DNA of 24,000 nucleotides from Actinomycetota bacterium (GTDB lineage Bacteria > Actinomycetota > Acidimicrobiia > IMCC26256 > BP-133). The DNA is taken from contig JBFLYK010000030.1 of NCBI GenBank assembly GCA_040756995.1, positions 19,481-43,480 of the forward strand. The letters run 5' to 3'. Position numbers and translations under genes: made by a program. How positions within the stretch are numbered: position 1 is the first letter of the stretch; each line of letters opens with the position of its first letter. Shown here piece by piece: positions 7,213 to 12,897 of this stretch. The notes below the pieces were generated by a model, which saw only the letters and a list, made by a program, of their open reading frames with translations, was not told the origin of the DNA and searched no databases.

Positions 7213-8412
7213 TCAGCGAGCCCGGGTGAGCTCACCCCACATCTCGACGCCTTCCCGGGCGCCCGTGGGATCCTCGAAGATGAGGAGGCCCGACAGCGAC
7301 GACTGCACCTCGTGGAGGGAGATGAGGCCGTGGTGACCCCAGACGGAGTCCGCCATGACGAGCGTCAGCTCCCTCGTCTCACCGGGGTTGATCGGAGCGT
7401 CGTCGGGAACGACGAGCGAGTACTCCTGCCCGCTGCCGGGAACCCCGAACGTGACCGTCGAGGTGGTGAACTCCCGGATCGACGCCGGCTGCTGGCCGTT
7501 GTTGGTCACCTTCAGCTTCCAGGTCACCTTCTCCTCGGTGGGTGAGTACCGGATGAGGTCGGTGTTCTCCACCGCCAGCGTCTTCGGCAGGTCCAGCGCC
7601 GGCGGGTTGTGGCGCCGGATCTGCTGGGGGACGGTCTCGGGATATGCGTTCTTGGCCCACAGCATCCCGCTGCCGAGGATGACCGCGATCCCGACGGCCG
7701 TGTACACGCCGAACCGGCGCTCCCGCGGGCCGACCAGCTCCTCCTCGACGTTCTCACCCGTGGCCAGCAGCTTGGCCCGGTAGAGCAGCGGCCTCGGGAC
7801 GAGCCAGTAAACGAGCCAGACCACCGCCGGCAGGAGGGCGATAAGGTGCCAGCTGAGCACCGTCGAGCGCCCGTACGACTCGAGGTTCACCACCTTCCCG
7901 TTGGCGAGCTCGACCTCGTTCCGGTAGGTGGGGCCGCCTTCGACCCGCACCCACTGCCCGGGCCCGATGATCGGGCCGACCGTCTTGAACTGAAGCATGG
8001 GGTGGAGGTGCCAGCGCCCCTCCTTGCGGCCGACGACCGTGAGCTTGAAGTCGTAGGTCTTGCCCCGCTCCATCTTCATGCGTCCCGGCACGAACTCGCC
8101 TCCGACCCGGCGGTCGGTCACGACGAAGACAGGCCCGGGGGCGTTGACGTTGAGGTACTCCTCGGTGTTCTCGGGCTTGGCGATCTTGCCGGGCCAGTTA
8201 GTCAGCAGGGTCATCCGGCCCGTCATGGTGACGGACTCACCCCGCTGGATCTTGTTGGTGGACCACTTCACGTCCGACCAGGCGACCGCCCCGGTCTTGA
8301 TGAAGGCTTCCTGGGCGTTCTCGCCGTGGGCCGAGGCCGGCCCGGCCAGGGCCGTCACCGTCCCGGCGAGGGCCGTCATCAGGAGCAGCAAGAACTGAAA
8401 CACTCGCCTCAT
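7213..8412 (-). CDS. pmoB: Copper membrane monooxygenase subunit B (PmoB/AmoB family)
   Basis: The 654-aa track ORF is trimmed to ATG 8412, which overlaps the pmoA stop (ATGA). The signal peptide MRRVFQFLLLLMTALAGTVTALAGPASA is followed by HGENAQEAF, matching the canonical N-terminal His of mature PmoB. The HxH motif GRWHLHPM is present. Two central TM helices are flanked by two cupredoxin-sized soluble domains. Total length is 399 aa. Confidence 0.9.
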   Translation of the reverse strand: MRRVFQFLLLLMTALAGTVTALAGPASAHGENAQEAFIKTGAVAWSDVKWSTNKIQRGESVTMTGRMTLLTNWPGKIAKPENTEEYLNVNAPGPVFVVTDRRVGGEFVPGRMKMERGKTYDFKLTVVGRKEGRWHLHPMLQFKTVGPIIGPGQWVRVEGGPTYRNEVELANGKVVNLESYGRSTVLSWHLIALLPAVVWLVYWLVPRPLLYRAKLLATGENVEEELVGPRERRFGVYTAVGIAVILGSGMLWAKNAYPETVPQQIRRHNPPALDLPKTLAVENTDLIRYSPTEEKVTWKLKVTNNGQQPASIREFTTSTVTFGVPGSGQEYSLVVPDDAPINPGETRELTLVMADSVWGHHGLISLHEVQSSLSGLLIFEDPTGAREGVEMWGELTRAR

Positions 8413-9236
8413 GAGTTCCCTCCCGTTCCAGCGCCGACGAGCATGACCGGCTCGCCCACGGCTTCGGGCTGGCGCACCGCGGGTGCCGGACGCATGAACT
8501 GCGTCGCCGGCTTCACGGCCAGGTACTTCCCGATGAAGATCCCGAACCAGTAGAACGGGAGGGCCAGGAAGCCCGAGGCGAAGGCGATGACGTAGTCGAT
8601 CTGTTCGAGGAATGCCCGCAGGCTTCCCTGCTCGATGATCCGGAGGTATTCCGGCGTCGAGGTCCGGATGTACATGAAGCCCTGCATGTCGGCCAGCGAC
8701 AGCACGGTCCCGTTGTACTCGACGGGCTGGAGGAACGGGGCAAGCATTATCCAGTTCTGCGGGATGAACATCAACCCGAAGGCGAAACAGGCCAGGACCG
8801 ACGTGATCCCGTACCTCCCCCTGGTCCACATCAGGATGATGTCCATGACGACTCCGCCCATGACCATGGTCGCCGGCCACACAAAATTGAACGGGTAGTG
8901 GTCGATGACACCCCAGTTGAACCAGCGGTTGAGCAGCTGGGCCAGCACCAGCAGCACCGTACCGAGTGTCGCCCCGATCGGTATCCGTAATTGTGACCAG
9001 CCGATATAGTGCAGAGCACCCGGCACGATGGCGCTCAGCGCCGGCGTCAGCGTCGCCCACCACTGACGGTCTTTCCAGTCGGTCCAGAAGTCCCAGTCGC
9101 CCACCGTCAGCATGTTGCTCACGTGATAGGCGGCGGGAACGATGAAGATGACCCCGACAATCAGGAGCAGATCCCACTTCCTGCTGAACGTGGCTCGCCC
9201 GTACTTGTGGGGAACTAGCTCGGCCGCTTCAGCCAT
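8409..9236 (-). CDS. pmoA: Copper membrane monooxygenase subunit A (PmoA/AmoA family)
   Basis: 275 aa with near-identical blocks to the canonical PmoA sequence as I recall it: GDWDFWTDWKDRQWW, YPFNFVWPA, VEYNG, RTSTPEYLRIIEQGSLR. It is multi-pass hydrophobic. The SD GGAGGG lies 6 nt upstream of ATG 9236. A C-terminal extension of about 30 aa is present relative to methanotroph PmoA. Confidence 0.92.
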   Translation of the reverse strand: MAEAAELVPHKYGRATFSRKWDLLLIVGVIFIVPAAYHVSNMLTVGDWDFWTDWKDRQWWATLTPALSAIVPGALHYIGWSQLRIPIGATLGTVLLVLAQLLNRWFNWGVIDHYPFNFVWPATMVMGGVVMDIILMWTRGRYGITSVLACFAFGLMFIPQNWIMLAPFLQPVEYNGTVLSLADMQGFMYIRTSTPEYLRIIEQGSLRAFLEQIDYVIAFASGFLALPFYWFGIFIGKYLAVKPATQFMRPAPAVRQPEAVGEPVMLVGAGTGGNS

Positions 9237-9336
9237 CAGCTTTCCCTCCGTCTGGTAATCGGTCTGCCATTCCCCGCTCGGCGGCCGCGAAGGGTCCCTC
9301 TCCGGGGTCGTGCATGGTTGGTTGTCGATGGGTGGT

Positions 9337-9382
9337 CATCGCCCGGCGGCGAATCCGTCCGGTGTGCCGCCACCGGGCGATG
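9337..9382 (-). promoter_or_regulatory. Intercistronic stem-loop between pmoC-like and pmoA-like genes
   Basis: CATCGCCCGG (9337-9346) pairs perfectly with CCGGGCGATG (9373-9382). The stem extends by CGGC (9347-9350) pairing with GCCG (9366-9369) across a 2-nt bulge. It lies inside the 199-nt pmoC-pmoA spacer. Confidence 0.5.
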
Positions 9383-9435
9383 CCGACCCGAAGCCCCCGG
9401 AGGGGCCTACTGGGTGTGCTTCTCCTGCTACAGCG

Positions 9436-10323
9436 TTACTGCGGAGCCCACCACCGCCGCCAGTGGACGGGGTAGGACGCGGGGACCGGCTCGGCCGTCC
9501 CTTCCTTCTCCGCCTGGGCGGCTTCCTTGTCGGCCAACTCCCACATCCGGGGACCCGTGGCGAACCACACGGCGAACGTCCCGGCCAGGAGGTAGGCGAA
9601 CAGGTTGAAGCCCCAGTGCAGGGGGGCGGAGAAGATCTCCTCGGTGAAGAAGAAGCTGTGGAACCACTCGTTCATCGCCACCCAGATGAGCAGGAAGAAC
9701 GAGCCGCTCAGCACGAGCCCCCAGGAGATCGGGAAGCCCTTGTCCCGGAAGAGGTGAGGCAGCCGGTCCCGGGCGTAGAGATACGACCCCACAGCCAGCA
9801 TGATGAAGAGCGGGAAGATCCCGAAGAACAGGTTGATATGGGACGGTGTGAACGCCGTGTCCCGCACCGCCACCTGGTGCCAGGTGGCGTCCTGCTCCGC
9901 CTTGAAGCTCCCGCCGACGAAGATCGCCATCAGGTAGATGCCGAGCAACGCCCACAGTCTCCAGATGTGCCCCATCTCGTGCTGGGCCGTGACCGCACCG
10001 AACTCGGCCCGCTGGGCCTTGCAGTGCTTGCAGCCCTTGGCGATCCACGAGTACCAGATCAGACCACCTAACGGGATGATGGTGAGGTTCGCCCACAGCA
10101 TCGTCATCCAGTAGCGGCCGAATTCAGGCGTCGTGGCGTCGAGGCCCTTGCTGAACGCGAAGAGCTTGTCCCAGGTCATCCAGAAGACGGTGATCCCGAG
10201 GACCATGCCCAAGCCGATGAGCAGAGGGGCCCAGGGACCGCCCTTTCGAGCCGAGACAGCGATGTCGTCAACGAGGACGACCTCCTCGACACCGAGCCTC
10301 TGGTCCTGCGCCGTTGTTGCCAT
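9436..10323 (-). CDS. pmoC: Copper membrane monooxygenase subunit C (PmoC/AmoC family)
   Basis: 295 aa with hallmark blocks AEQDATWHQVAVRDTAFTPSHI (Asp-x3-His-x12-His) and MNEWFHSFFFTEEIFSAPLHWGF (Asn-x3-His-x13-His). It is multi-pass hydrophobic. The SD GGGAG lies about 6 nt upstream of ATG 10323. Confidence 0.92.
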   Translation of the reverse strand: MATTAQDQRLGVEEVVLVDDIAVSARKGGPWAPLLIGLGMVLGITVFWMTWDKLFAFSKGLDATTPEFGRYWMTMLWANLTIIPLGGLIWYSWIAKGCKHCKAQRAEFGAVTAQHEMGHIWRLWALLGIYLMAIFVGGSFKAEQDATWHQVAVRDTAFTPSHINLFFGIFPLFIMLAVGSYLYARDRLPHLFRDKGFPISWGLVLSGSFFLLIWVAMNEWFHSFFFTEEIFSAPLHWGFNLFAYLLAGTFAVWFATGPRMWELADKEAAQAEKEGTAEPVPASYPVHWRRWWAPQ

Positions 10324-10648
10324 GTGTTCTCCCGCACCCCCTTTCAGGGTTGAGTATCCGGTTCGTTACCTACGGTGAAGGCCCTCGGGACGTCCTCCGC
10401 ACTCGGTTCCGAGACCCGATGGGTTCCGACCCATCGTGACGATCCTCACCGCAGGGATGCGGGTGTCATACCTCCATCTGGAGAAATGTTTGCGCCGATC
10501 GGCCCGCCCGAATTCCGATGTTCCCCGCCGCTGCCGGAGCTCGGACGTGCCCGAATCATTGCGAAATCACGGCGCGCCGAAATGCGCCTTCCCCCGGGAG
10601 GGGAGGGCGCAACTCGAGCGAAAGAATCAGCGCTGAGAGGCTGCGGCC
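10324..10648 (-). promoter_or_regulatory. Long non-coding leader/promoter region upstream of the pmoC-like gene
   Basis: 325 nt with no convincing ORF and visibly lower GC than the flanks. It contains the hairpin CGATGGGT-TCCG-ACCCATCG (10417-10436) and the inverted repeat CCTCC-ATCT-GGAG (10471-10483). Long 5' leaders are known for pmoCAB/amoCAB transcripts. I could not call -35/-10 boxes with confidence. Confidence 0.4.
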
Positions 10649-10780
10649 TCAGCGGTCGCGCTTGGCGGGGTTCTTCTTCACGAAGTAGAAGAGCATCGCC
10701 CCGAAGACCAGCGGCGTGAAGAAGGGAAGCAGCATGTACGGACCGCTCCCTCCGTGAGCCACGACCAGTTCGTACGGCAT
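10649..10780 (-). CDS. 43-aa single-helix hydrophobic small protein (not in the ORF track)
   Basis: My own translation is MPYELVVAHGGSGPYMLLPFFTPLVFGAMLFYFVKKNPAKRDR. ATG 10780 is preceded by GAAGGGAGAG with a 5-nt spacer. There is one hydrophobic helix and a basic C-terminal tail. The stop codon is embedded in the hairpin GCTGAGAGGC...GCCTCAGC (10632-10653). It is on the same strand as pmoCAB and upstream of it. Confidence 0.5.
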   Translation of the reverse strand: MPYELVVAHGGSGPYMLLPFFTPLVFGAMLFYFVKKNPAKRDR

Positions 10781-11100
10781 GCCCGCTCTCCCTTCTGACG
10801 GTGAATACGACGACCGTCATTAGGAAGGATGCCGGGGAGGCCGTCTACCTCCAGATGGAGGGTTGAACGGAGGTTCACAACTGGGGCGGGCCAGCGACAG
10901 AAACGGACTTCCCGGCTATGATTGGGACTTTCGACGCTGGTTCTTGTTGCGCTAGGCAGCGACGATAGGCTGCCGGCCACCCAGGGGGTGCTCGCGCCGA
11001 TCGCGCGGGCGTTGCACGTTGGGTGGCGGCTGAACGGACGAGGAGTCGGCTCGTGTGGTTGGTCGCCCGGGGGGGCCTTGAAGTTCCAGGGAAGTGGCGA
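10781..11100. promoter_or_regulatory. Divergent control region between the small ORF/CuMMO side and the sensor kinase/SDIMO side
   Basis: 320-nt gap between divergent start codons. It contains the inverted repeat TGACGGT-N10-ACCGTCA (10796-10819) and the palindrome CCTCC-AGAT-GGAGG (10848-10861). Promoters are inferred from the gene arrangement only. Confidence 0.4.
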
Positions 11101-12252
11101 ATGAAGAAAGTCGGGGCGGAGGACGTCGCCCTCGAGGCGACTGGCGAGCTCGAACGGCTGGAGCAGGACTATGCCGCCGTCATCGCCCTCCTCGACCGTG
11201 GTGCCGCTTTCCGCCACGCCACCGCCCAGGCCCGCCAATCGCTCGGCGTGGACGTCGCCATGGCCGGTGAGGTCGACGACGACGTCGACACCCTGGTCCT
11301 CCGCACTTTCAGCGGCGTCCGCACCAACTCCCTGCAGGAGCTCGTTGTCCCTCCCGGAACCGGCCTCGGCGGCAAGGTGGCGGTGCTGCGTCACCCCATC
11401 TGGGTTCCGGACTACTGCGCGTCGCCGGCGATCACCCACGACTTCGACCTCTACGTCCGCAACGAGCAGCTCCAGGGCATGCTGGCCGTCCCGATTCTGC
11501 GAGGCCACGAGTTCCACGGCGTGCTCTACGTGGGGAACCGGCAGCGCTGCGCGTTCGGAGACCGGGCCAGCGACACGCTGCTCCAGATCGCCCGACAGGC
11601 CGGCCTGGCTATCGACATCGCCGGCCGCTCCCAGGAGATGGCCGACATCGCCGTCGAGGAGGAGCGGAGCCGGATCGCCCTGTCCCTCCATGACACCGTC
11701 GGGGCCATGTTGTTCGGGATCAGCGCCGCGGCCAAGGACCTCACCACCAACGTCCAGGCAGACCATCCCCTGCGTCGGCGCGTCGAGTTCATCGAGCAGC
11801 AGGCCGTCCGGGCGGCTGTCGCCCTCCGGGCGGCCCTGCGGGCTCTGGACGAGACCCCGAGGGAGGTGGCGCTGGCCGTGGCCCTCAAGCGGGACTGCAG
11901 CGCCTTCCAGACCCGAACCGGAATCCGCACCAAGGTCGTCACCCTCGGCGACGTCGGTGCCATCGACGCCGGTCGCAAGTCGGCGCTCCTGTCGGCCATG
12001 CGGGAAGCGCTCCTCAACGTCGAAAAGCACGCCAACGCCAAGTCGGTGGTGGTGAGCCTGGTCCGCACCGACGACGGCATCGCGGTGGTGGTGGCCGACG
12101 ACGGAGTGGGGATCCCCGCCGAGCATCAGCGCACCGCCGGCCTCGGGCTGAAGGCGACCGCCGAGCGCATGGCCCAGGTGGGCGGGCGGATGATGATCGC
12201 CCCTGGCGACGAAGCCGGCGGCACCGTGATGAGGGCCTGGGCGCCGGTGTGA
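11101..12252 (+). CDS. Cytoplasmic sensor histidine kinase, GAF domain + HisKA_3 + HATPase_c (NarX/DevS-type transmitter)
   Basis: No TM segment is present. The N-terminal region of about 170 aa is GAF-like (LGVDVAMAGEV...VPILRGHEFHGVLYVGNR). The H-box is EEERSRIALSLHDTVG (HisKA_3 type). The N-box is REALLNVEKHA and the G-box is DDGVGIP...GLGL. I chose ATG 11101 (GGAAG about 6 nt upstream); GTG 11023 is the alternative in the track. Confidence 0.85.
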   Translation: MKKVGAEDVALEATGELERLEQDYAAVIALLDRGAAFRHATAQARQSLGVDVAMAGEVDDDVDTLVLRTFSGVRTNSLQELVVPPGTGLGGKVAVLRHPIWVPDYCASPAITHDFDLYVRNEQLQGMLAVPILRGHEFHGVLYVGNRQRCAFGDRASDTLLQIARQAGLAIDIAGRSQEMADIAVEEERSRIALSLHDTVGAMLFGISAAAKDLTTNVQADHPLRRRVEFIEQQAVRAAVALRAALRALDETPREVALAVALKRDCSAFQTRTGIRTKVVTLGDVGAIDAGRKSALLSAMREALLNVEKHANAKSVVVSLVRTDDGIAVVVADDGVGIPAEHQRTAGLGLKATAERMAQVGGRMMIAPGDEAGGTVMRAWAPV

Positions 12253-12890
12253 GGACGACCCAGGCGTCCGTACGGGTCCTCGTCGTCGACGACCACCCCG
12301 TGGTCCGCCAGGGGGTGGCCATGCTCCTGCGGTCGGACCCGCAGATCAGCCTCATCGGCGAGGCCGCCTCCGCCCGGGACGCCATCGACACCACCCGGCG
12401 TCTGCGCCCTGACGTGATCCTCCTCGATCTCCGGCTGCCCGACATGCTGGCCTGCGAGGCCATTCCTCAGCTCCGGGGAGCCAATCCCACCTCGAAGATC
12501 GTGATCTTCACCGCCTACGCCGGCCACCGGGCGCTCAGCGCCGCGATCGAGGCGGGGGCCGACTGCTGCCTGCGTAAGGACGCCGCCGACGTCGACCTGG
12601 CGGTGACCATCAAACGCGTCGCCCGGGGTGAACGGTTCGTCGATCCCCGGCTCCGCCACGACAGCGCACCCGGCCGGATTCCCCGCAGCGCGGCGGGGCC
12701 GTCGCTCACCCAGCGGGAATACGAAGTCCTCCGGCGGGTGGCGATGGGCGAGACCAACCCGGAGATCGCCGAAGCGCTCGGCCTCTCCCGCAACACCGTG
12801 AAGACCTACCTGCAGACGGCTCTCCAGAAGCTCGGCGTCCGCAACCGCGTGGAGGCGATCGCCAAAGCCAACGAGGTCGGTCTCCTGTAA
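12249..12890 (+). CDS. Response regulator, NarL/LuxR family (REC + HTH_LuxR)
   Basis: The REC domain shows VRVLVVDDHPVVRQG with the phospho-acceptor context DVILLDLRLPD. The C-terminal LuxR HTH reads LTQREYEVLRRVAMGETNPEIAEALGLSRNTVKTYLQTALQKLGV. The GTG start overlaps the kinase stop (GTGA at 12249-12252). Confidence 0.9.
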   Translation: MRTTQASVRVLVVDDHPVVRQGVAMLLRSDPQISLIGEAASARDAIDTTRRLRPDVILLDLRLPDMLACEAIPQLRGANPTSKIVIFTAYAGHRALSAAIEAGADCCLRKDAADVDLAVTIKRVARGERFVDPRLRHDSAPGRIPRSAAGPSLTQREYEVLRRVAMGETNPEIAEALGLSRNTVKTYLQTALQKLGVRNRVEAIAKANEVGLL

Positions 12891-12897
12891 AGGAGGG

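Noticed and set aside
8413-9177. N-terminal 255 codons of the 654-aa track ORF containing pmoB
   Set aside because: This part reads through the pmoA gene in another frame. The PmoB signal peptide and the ATGA coupling place the real start at 8412.
7213-10323. Visibly lower GC of the pmoCAB-like genes as evidence of recent horizontal transfer
   Set aside because: The proteins are rich in Phe, Ile, Tyr, Trp, Met, Asn and Lys, whose codons are AT-richer, so amino-acid composition alone can explain the dip. There are no flanking integrase, tRNA or direct repeats. Testing this would need GC3 and codon-usage computation against the whole genome.
10375-10719. 114-aa and 66-aa plus-strand ORFs inside the pmoC leader
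   Set aside because: They have no SD and an Arg/Pro/Ser-rich composition, and they lie opposite to the flanking transcription. I treat the region as non-coding leader/promoter.
10471-10861. The shared 13-mer CTCCAGATGGAGG taken by itself as a significant repeat
   Set aside because: Any-versus-any 13-mer matches are expected by chance several times in a 24-kb high-GC window. A related 11-mer (ACCTCCATCTG) also occurs inside coxL at about 18556. Only the palindromic structure and the promoter location keep it as a low-interest finding.
10678-12126. 482-aa ORF on the minus strand
   Set aside because: It is antisense to the sensor kinase gene and runs across the divergent intergenic region. It has no motifs. 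The real minus-strand gene here is the 43-codon ORF, which is in another frame.
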